Below the pieces are notes generated by a model, which had not been told where the DNA came from, did no database searches, and was given only the letters and a program-made list of their open reading frames with translations. A stretch of DNA of 64,000 bases, taken from assembly GCA_028534125.1 (NCBI GenBank), contig CM052816.1, positions 70,124,001-70,188,000 of the forward strand. The letters are read 5' to 3'. Below, in pieces: positions 51,131 to 64,000 of the stretch. Made by a program: the position numbers and the translations under genes. Each line of letters starts with the position of its first letter. Within the stretch, counting starts at the first letter, position 1. This DNA comes from Lama glama. Its lineage: Eukaryota.

Positions 51131-51959
51131 GGTGGTGCCTGATAGGAAAACTGACGTGTATAAATCCGTGTAAAACACCCACTGGAGACTTCCAGAAACA
51201 TTTGGTTGGGGGCAGATGTGACATGTTTTATAGAAATCTAAAGACTTTCATGAATAAATAAGAGTATAAACTAGTAAAATTTTAATTATTGTTTGAGTTA
51301 CCGTATTTATATTCATATGGTGATGAGGTCTGAGGAAACTTGGGCTACATGTATTTAAAAAAATTTTATAGTTAAGTGTATATTGTATTTCTTAATTGGA
51401 GGAGATAGTGTAAAATATAAATATATACATGATAAAATGGGAAAATTTAAGTAAATTAAAAAATATGGACTGGGGAAAGCATAAATTGTGTGGGAAGTAT
51501 GTGAAGATATAACATACAAGCCATTGTGTCCTATGCAGTTTCTGAAAATTGAGTATAAGTTAGCTCTAATTTTCCTATCAGACAAAATGATAAGTTAAAT
51601 GATTAACACACCAGTTTCTTATATTTACAGATGTTTCTTTTGGCATTAGTTCTGAAAGAAATTTCTCAGTGGACCTTCATTATAGGAAGCAATGTCCTTA
51701 GCAGTATCACTAAGAAGATATCAGAATTGGATTTACAGTGCTGCCTCTAGAGTGAATTGAATACTAGTGCCACCTCTAGATATTGAATCAAAACAAACCT
51801 TAGGGAAAGAAAATAAAAAGTGAGAGTGGGAGGTGCAGTTTGACAATAGGACATGGGAGATGATGGCTCTACTTGATCCAGGAAGTAAACCTGTGTCTAG
51901 AGAAATGGTTGGAATTTCTGTACTTCAAATAGTCCTTCATTAATATCCTTGCTCTTCAT

Positions 51960-52270
51960 GAGGCTTTTTAAAGTTGGGAGCAGGTGATTTTTCAGGAGCT
52001 TTCTCAGAAATTGCTGTAAACACCCATCTTTTCCCATTTGTCCACATCTGTCCTCAGTGCCTAATAGAAAATATTGTCTCTCCTCTATTGTCTGCTTATT
52101 CTTGTGAGGGTACCTCTTACTGACAGAATTTAACTCAGAACCAGAATTAAAAGGGATTCTAGGAAAGACAATTTTAAGCTTTTCCCTTGTGATAGTAAGA
52201 ATATAGAAGGAGGAAGCTATGATGTTGACCATTTGACACACTGTTGAATATTGTGTGGTACATCTCCTAT
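51960..52270 (-). mobile_element. ERVL LTR fragment (LTR33-like, tentative)
   Basis: cagaatttaactcagaacc..aagggattctaggaaagacaattttaagctt. Confidence 0.45.
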
Positions 52271-53639
52271 ATGCTAAGTCAACAAATAAACAAACCAAGT
52301 TGTCAACAATAGGTAATTGTAATATTATTAAAAAAAACCTTAAAAACAAAATTACATGTAGAAATATTTGTATGTAAATGTGAAGAAAAAAAAGATATAG
52401 ACCAGTCTGAGAATTAAAGTATGTCAGCGGGTGGGAGTGGGATTTTGTAGGACCAAGAGAGATTTGTGCATTACCTATATTATCTGAAATTTAAAAAATG
52501 AATTTCTGTGTATTATTTCTTTAATTAAAAAGAGAAAATAAATGGGACTATCCTGGGTTAATTAGTCCTGTAATATAATAGTTTAAACTAATTTTTCTGA
52601 TACAGTATTCTATGATAGTTCTGAAGCAGTAAATGGTAGAAAGCTTGAATTCCAGCTAAATTTCTGTATTAGCACTATATGGCATAACTTTGGATAAGTA
52701 ACTTTGTGTTCTTAGGCCTCTGTTTCCCCAGTTGTGAAATAGGGGCCTTGGGTTACATGATTTCTAAGATTCCTCTTAGCACTGATAACCTCTAATTCTT
52801 GGATTCATTGGAGAGAAATATTGGAAGCATGGAACAGTTTTAGGCTTGGGGAGGATAAGACACTGTGATGCTGGTCTCTGGGAAGCAGGAGGAACTGCCT
52901 GAAGCTACGAAAGATTCAGAAAATAAAAGTGTGGGCAGTTGTGAAGACAATTGTTGCAAACATTAAAATTTCACTGAAGTTCAACTGTCTTCCTATGAGA
53001 CACTCGAAGTTAACAGAGAGTTCTCCTTATGTCTATGAACAAGGCTTGTATTTAGTTGGCTTGCAACAAAATTGCTGTATGGTTTATTTCTGGAGGGTAT
53101 CTTTTCTGATTGTTTAGATCTATTCTGTTTGGACTGTTGAGCTTTAACCCTAGCCATACATCATACTCATATATCTAAAGAGATATAGTCCTTCTTATTT
53201 CCATTAAGAAGAATCTAGATGTGAAATCTTGAGATTTCACCACTTTCTGCTATTCAGGGACAGATTTTGTAAAGGATTTGCTCAGACCTGAGGAACTGAA
53301 AGACTGAAAGTGAAGGTGAATATCCTTTAAGTAAAAAGTGAAGTTAGACATTTATTTACACAATCCAAGGAGAATAAATACATAAAGACCAAACAGCATA
53401 ACAATTTTAAAAAGTCTATTAGTAAGAAGGCATATTAGCAAAATTAAATGTAATAATGTAAGTTTTCTGTTATTTGTTGTAATCATAATATGCTTTTATA
53501 CCATTTCTTGTGTAGCATTATTGACTTTGACACTTATTAGACATCATATACGTCCTCAATACTGAGTGCTATAAAAGAGAATTTTGGTTCTAAAAAATTC
53601 CAAGAAAAATACTTAGAAAGATTGATAACACAGGCATAG

Positions 53640-54215
53640 TGATGAAAAAGGAATTTTGTATGTTCGTGATTGGAAATAGTGATATTGTTAAGATGTTAAT
53701 TCTCTCCAAATTGATTTATAAAGTCAACTTGAACTCAATCATACTATCAGTAAACTTTTTGTTTTGTTTTGCTTTTGAACAAACTGATTCTGAACTTTAT
53801 GTGGAAATGCAAAGAATTAAGAAAAACCAAAAAGATTTTTTAAAAGAAGAAAAAAAATTGGAAGACCTACACTACCTAGTTTCAAGACTTGTAATAAAGC
53901 ATTAGTAACCAAGGCAGTGTGGTATTGGTGTAAAAATAGACCAATAAGTCAATGGAATAGAATAAAAAATCCACAGATCGACTCATGCATATATGGCCAA
54001 TTGATTTTCAGAAAAGGCATCAAAGCAATCCAGTGGGGAAGAGAATGATCTTTTCAACAAAGGGTGCTGGTACAATTGGATAGTTATGTACAGAGATATA
54101 AACCTCTACCCTTACTTCACATCATATACAAAAATTAGTTCAAAATGGATCACAGATCTAAATATAAGAGCTAAAACTATAAAATTGGTAAATGCAAACA
54201 TGTGAGAGAATCTTA
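53640..54215 (+). mobile_element. Old L1 ORF2 3' fragment
   Basis: IVKMLILSKLIYK; aaggcagtgtggtattgg; ttttcaacaaagggtgctgg; tcaaaatggatcacagatctaaat. Confidence 0.9.
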
Positions 54216-54984
54216 CAAAACATATCGGATGGTGAGCTTCTTGAGGCTCTAGGGATCCACAGCAACATTCATCATTATCTCTCTCTCTTTAGCACCTGGC
54301 ATGGTGCCTGGCCATAGAAGCTATCCAAGAACTTCTGGAACTAAGATCTAGATTTGTTCTCTTATATTTCACATCCCTGGTATAATCCTCAGAGTTGGGC
54401 TTTACTCCTTTTGTACTGGTGGAGAATGGGGAGCTCCATAAGCCTCAACCCTGATGAGAAATTCCCTGATGCTCCTCCCCTCGGGAATCTCCCCAAAGCA
54501 CTTCTAAACCAGAAGAATGGGACTCCTAATCTTGACTCGTAGTTTGTTATGGCCTCAGCTCCTGGTTGTTCCTGCTGTAGATTGGATCCAGTGATGTGCT
54601 GCTCCCTGGCCACCCAGGCTGAGAACCTGAGAAGACACAGAAGTGAGTGCTGAGGTTTATCAGTGAGAGGGTAGCTCAGTCTAGGGTAAGAGTTGTTCCA
54701 AAGGAATATAATGAAGGGCACTTAAATCACCATAAACAAGTAAAATATTTATTTTTAAAGTATGCACAGGAAGGATGTGATGCTATTTTTATAAGAAGGG
54801 CAGAATTTCTTCATTTCCTGTTTTCCTAAGTAGAAGTCTCCAGTTTACTTTGCTTATAACCTAGACAAGCCCTAGAAAGAAATACTGCAGCTGAGAACTT
54901 TTTTGTTTTTCCTCCTTTTAGTCTCACCTTTGTGCTGTTTTCTAAGCACTAGTGACATCTTAACTTAAAACTTTAGCTGATCTA

Positions 54985-57900
54985 AAAAGAAGAAAGGAAC
55001 ATAAAAGAACCGTGAAAACAACCCCAAAACAATGAACAAAATGACAATAAGTACATACCTATCAATAATTATTTTAAATGTAAATGGACTAAATGCCACA
55101 GTCAAAAGATGTAGGGTAGCTGAATGGATACAAAAACAAGACCCTTATATATGCTGTCTACAGGAGACTCATTTCAGATCTAAAGACACAGACTGAAAGT
55201 GAGGACATAGAAAAAGGTATTCCATTTAAATAGAGACAAAAAGAAAGCTGGGTAACAATACTTATCTCAGACAAAATAGACTTTAAAACACAAAGACTTA
55301 CAAGAAACAAAGGACATTACATAATGATAAAGGGACCAGTTCAACAAGAGGATAGAACAATGGTAAATATATATGCATCAAACACAGTAGCACCTAAATA
55401 CATAAAGCATATATTAATTGACATAAAGAGAGAAATTGACAGTAATAAAATAATAGTAGGGGACTTTCATATCCCACTTACATCAATAGACAAATCATCC
55501 AAGTGGAAAAATCAATAAGGAAGCACTGGCCTTACATGACACATTAGCACTGGCCTTACATGACACATTAGACTGGATGATGGACTTTATAAATATATAT
55601 ATAAACATTCTATTCCAAAGAAGCAGAATACACATCCTTTTCAAGTGCACAGGGAACATTCTCCAGGATATATCACATGCTAGGACATCAGACATGTCTC
55701 AGTAAATTTAAGAAGATTGAAATCATATCAATCATTTTTTCCAATCACAGTGCTATGAGGCTAGAAACCAACTACAAGAAAAACACTGCAAAAAAACATG
55801 TTAACATGGATGCAAAGCAATATGCTACTAAACAACCAGTGGATCACTGAGGAAATCAAAGAAGAAATAAAAAAATTTCTAGAGACAAATGAAAATGAAA
55901 ACACAGTGATATAAAATCTATGCAATGCAGCAAAAGCAGTTCTAAGGGGAAGTTTTAAAGCAATATAAGCGAACATCAAGAAACAATAAAAAATCTCAAG
56001 TAAACAACCTAACCTTACATCTAAAGGAGCTAGAGAAAGAAAAACAAACAAAACCCAAAGTTAGTAGAAGGAAAGAAATCATAAAGAAAAAACAAACAAA
56101 ACCCAAAGTTAGTAGAAGGAAAGAAATCATAAAGATTGGAGCAGAAATAAATGAAATAGAGACTAAAAAAAAAAAATAGAAAAGATCAATGAAACTATAA
56201 GCTGGTTCTTTGAAAAGATAAAATCGATGAATCTTTAGCTCAACTCATCAAGAAAAAAGAGAGACCTCAAATCAATAAAATTAGAAATTGAAAAGGAGAC
56301 ATTACAGCTGACAACAGAGAAATACAAAGGGTCATTAAGATATTACTATGAACAATTATATGCCAATAAAATGGACAACCTTGAAGAAGCGGACACATTT
56401 CCAGAAATGTACAATCTCCTAAGACTGAATCAGGAAGAAATAAAGTTATAAATAGACCAATTATCAATAATGAAATTGATTCAATAATTTAAAAAACTGT
56501 CAACAAACAAAAGTTCAGGACCAGATGGCTTCACAAGTGAATTCTACCAAACATTTAGAGAAGAGTTCACATCTATCTTCTCAAATTATTCCAAGTATTG
56601 GTGAGGAAGCAATGCTTTCCAAACTCATTTTATGAGACCAGTATCATCACTCTGATACCAAAACCAGACAAAGATATCTCCAAAAAGGAAACTTACAGGC
56701 CAGTATCACTGGTGAACATAGATGCAAAAATCCTCAACAAAATATTAGCAAACCATATTCAACAATACATTAAAAAGATCGTACCAGAGGATCAAGTGGG
56801 AGGCCAGGGATGCAAGGATGGTTCAATATCAACAAATCAATACACCATATTAACAAACTGAAGAATTAAAATCATATGATCATCTCAATAGGTGCAAAAA
56901 AAGCTTTTAACAGAATTCAGCATTCATTTATGATAAACACTCAACAAAGTGGTTATAGAGGGAACATAATAAAGGCCATAAATGATGAGCCCACAGCTAA
57001 CAACCTACTCAACGGTGAAAGCTGAAAGCATTTACTCTAAGATCAGAAATGAGACAAGGATGCTCATTCTTGCCACTTTTATTCGACATAGTATTGGAAG
57101 TCCTAGCCACAGCAATCAAAGAAGAAAAAGAAATAAAAGAATCCAATTGGAAAGGAAGAAGTAAAATTGTCACTATTTGTAGATGACATGATACTATAAA
57201 TAGAGAATTCTAAAGATGTCACCAAAAAAAACCTACTAGAACTCATTAATGAATTCAGTAAAGTTGCAGGATATGAACTTAATATATAGGAATTTGTTGT
57301 ATTTTAATGTATTAACAACCAACTATCAGAAAGAGCAATTAAGAAAACAATCCCATTCATAATCACATCAAAAAGAATAAAATGCTTGGGAATAAATCTA
57401 ACTAAGGAAGTAAAAGACCTGTACTTGGAAAACTATAAGGCAATGATGAAAGAAAATGAAGACAATACAAACAGGTGGAAAGGTATACCTTACTCTGGGA
57501 TTGGAAGAATCAATATTGTTAAAATGACCATACTTCCCAATGCAGTCTATAGATTCAGTGCAATCTCTATCAAAATAGCAATGGCGTTTTTCACAGAACT
57601 AAAACAAATAATTCTAAAATTTGTATGGAAACACAAAAGACCCCGGAAAGCCAGAACAATCTTGAGAAAGAAGAACAAAGCTGGAGGTATTTTGCTCCCT
57701 GGTTTCAAGCTATATTACAAAGCTACAGTAATCAAAACAGTGTGGTACTGGCACAAAAAGATCATTGGAGTAGAATAGAGAGCCCTGAAACAAAACCACA
57801 TTTTTATGGTCAATTATTCTACAAAAATGAGGCAAAAATATATAATGGGAGAAAGACAACCACTTCAATAAATGATGTTGGGAAAAGAGTCAAACTGGAT

Positions 57901-58880
57901 TACTTTCTCACACCATATAAAACAAAAACTTAAAATGGACTTAAAGGCTTATATTTAAGACCTGAAACCATAAAACACCTAGAAGAAAGCATAGGTGGTA
58001 GGCTCTTTGAAATCAGTTTTAGCAGTATTTTTTTGGATCTGTCTCCTCAGGCAAAGAAACAAAAGCAAAAATAAACAAATGGGACTACATCAAACTAAAA
58101 GCTTTTGCACAGTGAAGGAAACTAACAACAAAATGAAAAGACTGCCTATTAAATGGGAGAAGATACTTGCAAACAACATACCTAGCAAGGGGCTAATAAT
58201 AAAAAATATGCAAAGAACTCATTAGAACACAACATCAGGAAAACAACCAACCCAATTAAAAAATGGACGGAGAACCTGAATAGACATTTTTTTCAAAGAA
58301 GACGTATGTATTGCCAACAAGCACATGAAAAGATACTCAGCATCACTAATCGTCAGGGAGATGGAAATCAAAATTACAATGAAATATCACCTTATACCTG
58401 TCAGAATGGCTTTATTGAAAAGACAACAAATAGCAAGTGTTGGCAAGAATGTTGAGAAAAGGGAACCACTGTGTGCACTGTTGTTTGGAATGTAAATAGG
58501 TGTAGCCACTATGGAAAACAGCATGGAAATTACTAAAAAAATTAAAATTAAAACTACCATACTATCCAGAAATTCCATTTCTGAGTACTTCTCCAAAGAA
58601 AACAAAAACACTAATTCAAAAAGATATATGCCTCCCCACTACCATGTTCATTGCAGCATTGTTTACAGTAGCTAAGATATGGAATCAACCTAAGTGCTCA
58701 TCAATATATGGATAAAGAAGATGTGGTATATAAACAGTGGAATATTACTCAGCCATAAAAAAGAATGAAATCTTGCCATTTATGACAACATGGATGAACC
58801 TAGATCGTACTATGCTAAGTGAAATAAGTCAGACAAAGACAAATACTGTATGATTTCACTTATCTGTGGAATCTAAACAA
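54985..58880 (+). mobile_element. L1 with near-complete but disrupted ORF2 (endonuclease, RT and C-terminal regions)
   Basis: ATG at 55041 begins MTISTYLSIIILNVNGLN..ICCLQETH (APE endonuclease). Also [36 protein letters not shown], and RT motif FVDDM at 57176-57190. Many stops and frameshifts. Confidence 0.96.
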
Positions 58881-59139
58881 GAAAAGTCCAGGATCAAGGT
58901 GCTGGCAGATTTGGTTTCTTGGTGAAGGCAGTTTCGCTGGCTTGTAGATAGCTGTCTTCTTGTTGTATCCTCACATGGTGGACAGATGGGTACTAATCCC
59001 ATCATGGGGGCTCTGTTCTCATGACCTCAAATTAACTTAATTATTCCTCAAAGGCCCCACCTCCAAATACCATCACATTGGGGATTAGGACCTCAACATA
59101 TGAATTTTGGGGTTATGCACACATTTAGTCCATAGTACA
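58881..59139 (-). mobile_element. MLT1A-type MaLR LTR, partial
   Basis: aagtccaggatcaaggtgctggcaga..aaaggccccacctccaaataccatcacattgggg..caacatatgaattttgggg. Confidence 0.88.
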
Positions 59140-60939
59140 CCTCTTGCTCTTAGTTGCATGTGGGGGTCTTCCAATGCCTTCGCTGGACATAATGCATGAG
59201 AACCTGAATAAGATATCAGTTGTGCTTCTTATTATTGTTCTCCAGGAATAGAAGGTCTTGTGAATTTCAATTCTTGTGAATTTGCCCTCAAGGGAAAGTT
59301 ACATAATTGTGATTACAACCTGGAATCCAGAGAAACCTATGTTAAGCATTCCTCATTTATCGGGGATACCCTGAATAGCACATTGGCAGGAATACTTTTT
59401 AAAAACTATGTCAGGCTGGAAGGATTTTACTATTTACTTTTTACTATAAACAGGTTTTATCCGGCACTTACCAACAACTTGACCTACATTTCGTATGGTA
59501 CAACAAAAAATTTCAGTGAAAAATAGAAATCAAGAGTGTTGGGATTAAAGCTAGAAATATTTAAGAGAGGGGGTGTTTATTGGTACTTCTTTCTGTTTAC
59601 CATCTTAAAATGGATGCAGTACCCATGAAGGTTCTAGGATTTTATTTCATCCCACATTTAAAATGTTCTGAGTAAACGCATGTGGTTTACTTTCATAATG
59701 TTTACAGAGCACAGTTAAACAGTATTCAATGTCTAGGGTTAACCTCAGAATATTATGCGTTTTACTGAAGTAGAGTGTTGTCTCCTGAACAGGGCTGGAC
59801 AGTAGGTGCGTTTATTCTATGCTTTTTTATTCAGTCTGTTCCATTGACTATACTGAAATTTCACTCTTTAGTTCAGTGATAACTACTTGTGATAAATAAT
59901 ATTTTTGTCCCTAATATTTTTATTTTGGGTGGAGGACAGATACTGTCAGATACTTTGAAAGCCTTTTAGGAAAATAAGAAAGAAGCAGGTTTCTTTTCCT
60001 TCTAATAATGCAGCACTTTAAGGATGTAAGCTGTGTTCCTTAGGCCAATGATCAGGGATGCCGAGTTGAAGACAGTGATGACTTTGTTGACCCATGGTCA
60101 GTTGCTTGTCTCAAGGCCTAGGGAAATAAATCCAGTGCTGAGGGCTGGGGGTAGTGTTTCTCCAACCTTTTCTCAGCATAGTAAGTAATTGTGTGCTGCC
60201 TGGTCCTGACTTTAAGACTAGAGGAGATACTGTTTTTTCATAGAGATGTGGAGTCTTTCTTCATAGGATTCAATTGTCATAGTATTCTCTAGTCAAAATC
60301 ACACAAATCTTTTATCTAAATCCTTTCTTGTTGATAGGGGACAGTTTCTTTCTCTATTCCTCTTAGCATTGACCTTCCTTTGAAATACACAGGGACTTTG
60401 TTTTGACTTTAGAACTAGGAAGTGGAGACAGAGTAACAGGGGAACAAGTTCCTAAATAACAGAGAAGACACTTTCTTTGAAAAAGCTGAATTTAAAACAC
60501 TCTCTTGAGCTTTTGGATAGGGTATTTTGGAGCTGCCTAAACACATTTACCAGTCCACTTGTTATGAACAAAGTCATCAGTAGGCACTTCTGGAAAGATA
60601 CATTTCCTCCTCTTTTGCTACATCACCAGGCCATGAGAGCTCTCGTAGTTTAGTTACTTAAAATCAATGCAAAAAAAACTAACTCTCATGAAATCTATTA
60701 GAAAAAAATTAGAGAACCCATGGCTGATTAAATATCTCATCAGACTAATCTATAAGCATTTAAGTTCATATAATTATGCATGTTAGTGTATATAAGGATT
60801 AGTGTGTATAGTAAAAGATAAATATTGGCAAACTCAAGTGCAAAGACTTTCAGTCTTAGAGCAAACTAAATCTTTTCTTGGGGATGTTTTCAGATGTACC
60901 TCTGAATCCTCTGCCTGGTAATTTTTACATAAATGCATA

Positions 60940-61511
60940 TGTTATGGTTAATTTTATGTGTCAACTTGGCTGGGTAAGGGATGCCCTGATGGTAAGACAC
61001 TATTTCTGGTGTGTCTGTGAAGGTGTTTTTGGAAGAGATTAGCATCTCAGTCAGTAGACTGACTGAAGAAGATCCCTCACACCAGTGTCAGTAGGCACGA
61101 TCCAATCCATTGCCTTAATACAACAAAAAAGACAAAGGAAAGGTGAGTGTGTTCTCTGCTTAAGCAGATATTCATCTGCTCCTATCCTTGGGCATTGGAA
61201 TTTCTGATTCTCAGGCCTTTGGACACAGACTGAAATACAGCACTGACTTTCCTGGGTCTTCAGTTTGTAGATGGCAGACTGTGGGACTTCTCAGCTTCCA
61301 TTATAGTATGAGCCAATTCCTATAATAAATCTCTCTTTGTATATATATATATGTGTATATATACACAGACACACACAGTAATATATACTTTCTCTATATA
61401 TGATCTCTCTCTTTATATATATATCACTCTGTCTATATAGACTTAATATATGCTGTATTAAGCTCTAGAGACTATCCTATTTGTTCTGTTTTTCTGAAGA
61501 ACCCTAATATA
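60940..61511 (+). mobile_element. MLT2-family ERVL solo LTR (MLT2D-like) with an internal (TA)-rich tract
   Basis: tgttatggttaattttatgtgtcaacttggc..gatggcagactgtgggacttctcagc..gaagaaccctaata. Confidence 0.9.
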
Positions 61512-61905
61512 GCCTATAAGATACAAACAAAATTACTGAATCTAAAATCCTCATTTTAGTGATGTCCACTGGTTTATTCTCATTCCTCTTCTCCTGAAAA
61601 GGTGAAGTATGAGAACAGTGAAGTAAGACACAGTCTGATTGTGATTTTAGGAATTCTTTATATATTTATTGGAAATATATCCAATTGAAACAACCTAAAG
61701 GTTCAACACTAGTGCACTGCTTAAAGATTATCAATATGATATTCAACTTGTAATGAACATTATTAAAAATGTGTTACAAATAAATATTTACTGATATAGA
61801 AATATCTTCATAATATATAGTTAAACTTAAGAAGTCACTTAAAACAAAAAAGCATATATAACACTCATAATGAGATAAATATATATGCATAAGAATGTTC
61901 TAGAA

Positions 61906-62733
61906 CAGCATTATTCTGTAGAAATACGATATAAGCCACATGTCATTTAAAATTTTCTAGTAACTACATTAAAACAAGTAGAAAGAATAAATGAAACTAA
62001 TTTTACTAATGTATATTTAAACCAGTATAGCCAATATTTTATTAATACTAATGACAAACTCCTAATGTAACTAATAGAAATCATTGATATTTGTATATTT
62101 TTGAAATCCAGTGAGTATTTTGTCATTAGAGCACATTTCATTTCAGACTAGACACATTTCTTTTTTTTTAATTGAAGTATACTCAATTTACAATGTTGCG
62201 TCAATTTCTGGTGTACAGCACAATATTTCAATCATACATGAATATACATATGTTTGTTTTCATATTCTTTTTCACTGTAAACTACTGCAAGATATCAAAT
62301 ATAGTTCCCTGTGCTATACAGCATAAACTTGTTTATCTATTTTATACATACCAGTCAGTATGTATCTGCAAATCTTGAACTCCCAATTAATGCATTCCCA
62401 CCCTCTTCCCCTCTGATAGACATAAGTTTGTTTTCTGTGTATGTGAGTCTGTTTCTGTTTTATATGTAAATTCATTTGTCTTTTTTTTTTTTAGATTCCA
62501 CATAGGAGTGATATCATATGATATATATTTTTTTCTCTTTCTGGCTTACTTCACTTAGAATGACATTCTCCAGGGCCATCTATGTTGCTGCAAATGGCAT
62601 TATTTCATTATTTTTTATGGCTGAGTAGTATTCCATTGTATAAAAATACCATAACTTCTTTATCCCAGACTAGATATATTTCACCTGCACAATAGCCTCG
62701 TGTGGCTAGTGGCTACCAAACTGAGTAATGCAG
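61906..62733. mobile_element. MER33-like hAT MITE split by an L1 insertion
   Basis: taagccacatgtcatttaaaattttctagt..tgaaatccagtgagtatttt.. [L1] ..tgtggctagtggctacca. Confidence 0.8.
62161..62665 (-). mobile_element. Young L1 3' end (camelid-type)
   Basis: Poly-T head; TSD cagactagacacatttc (62144-62160) / cagactagatatatttc (62666-62682). Confidence 0.92.
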
Positions 62734-64000
62734 AGCTAGAAAGACATGCATCAAAATATTAATACTATTTATCTATAGATGATATAATTATGAATTCATC
62801 TTTTTGCTTATCCATTTTTTACAATAAACAAAACATGTTTTTACAGTAAACATCTATTACTATTATCTATTTTATAAAATAAAAAGTTACAAAAATCTAT
62901 ATTTAGTTTAAAGTTTTTCATGAAAGAAATTTAGATTCTGTGGTGAAACTCCCATTTACTCATACCTCTAAGAAGTCCTTTAGTAGAGGAAGATGTAGTC
63001 TGTGTTTTCAAGACAACTGAACTTTATGAATGGAGACATTTATATCAATACTACAGGCAGTCAAGAGACTGTGTATGCATGTATGTATATGTACATGTAC
63101 TGTGGCAGTCCCCACAGTCATGAGACATGGTGGTCCTGAGGCATGAACATCATAGCCTTTCAGTGAGGATTATTAACCTGAAGTGATAGTCCTCAGTCTC
63201 AGTTAATCTGTTTTTCTTTACCAGAATATCCTCACATTTCTTAGCCCAGGATGACCTGCTGGACTAAACACAAAATCTGGGCTAGATAGTTCTTGGGTTG
63301 AGTTGTAGAGGTTAAGCATGAATATTTCAGATCACTTGGGGCCAGATTCCCATCAAAAGCAACCCCTTGGGAATTTGGAGTACTCAAGTATTAGCCAAGT
63401 TAGGGTCTAGTTCAGTATTCTTCCGAAATGACACACTGGAATTATTCTGTCAGAGGGAGCTATGGAATGTACCCCACCATGTGATCAGAAAGCCCTGAAC
63501 TGTAAACAATGGAACTGTTAGAATGCCAAATGCAGTCATACGGAGATCAGTGACACTTTACATGCTGTCGTCTTAGTGGCCTCATAACAAACATTGTATT
63601 CATTAAAACTTTGCCCTTGGGGTACCTTGACCTTTGTCAACTATAGTCTAAAATACTGGACTAAATCATTTCTAATTCCTTTCGCTTTTATTAAAGTTGA
63701 TCATGATAAACACATTTGGTGTTAATGCCAGTCTATAAGTACTTTATCAAATTTCTCCTCACAATTTATTATTAATTTTTCAGGAGATTACCAGATATCC
63801 CTGGGATGGAGTTAAGGTAAACATGAACTTGGTTCACCAAGGTTATGAATAGAGCAGTTTGAGCCAATCTGACAAAGCCTCATGTGCTTTCAAGTGTAAA
63901 GCACCTGCCAACCCACATGTGCAGACCACTGGAATTTCTTGGCATTGTTTTCCTATGCAGGAGGCTTGGATAGTGGGGTGCTCACCAAACCAATCAGTAT

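Noticed and set aside
51738..51785. Two CTCF-like gcc(a)cctctaga motifs
   Set aside because: They lack the CCA 5' half of the core, so the match is too weak.
51897..52349. 150-aa minus-strand ORF
   Set aside because: Non-ATG start, overlaps an LTR-like fragment, and shows no recognisable domain.
55324..58225. L1 ORF2 fragments as an active retrotransposon or domesticated gene
   Set aside because: Numerous stops and frameshifts, no ORF1 or 5' UTR, and the longest piece is 130 aa.

Overview
This is 64 kb of AT-rich, repeat-dense mammalian genomic DNA, intronic or intergenic. It is most likely camelid, judging from recalled similarity of the young L1 3' ends at 22.9 kb and 62.2 kb. I found no intact protein-coding gene, rRNA, tRNA or CRISPR array. 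The most notable element is a GC/CpG-rich VRK3 retro-pseudogene starting near 5671. Its first coding exons are spliced together, but homology stops exactly at a splice donor (AAG|GTAC, 6310/6311) and continues into intron-like sequence, so it is semi-processed. It also keeps a CpG-island-like 5' end. The rest is a layered record of transposons: L1 (including a 3.9-kb decayed ORF2 and a twin-primed L1 with nested insertions), L2, MIR, MLT/ERV LTRs, and hAT and Tigger MITEs. There are also several strong CTCF motifs, a ~110-bp locally templated duplication and two long hairpins. Repeat subfamily names are from recognition, not a database search. I did not find convincing evidence of a wholly new biological system.
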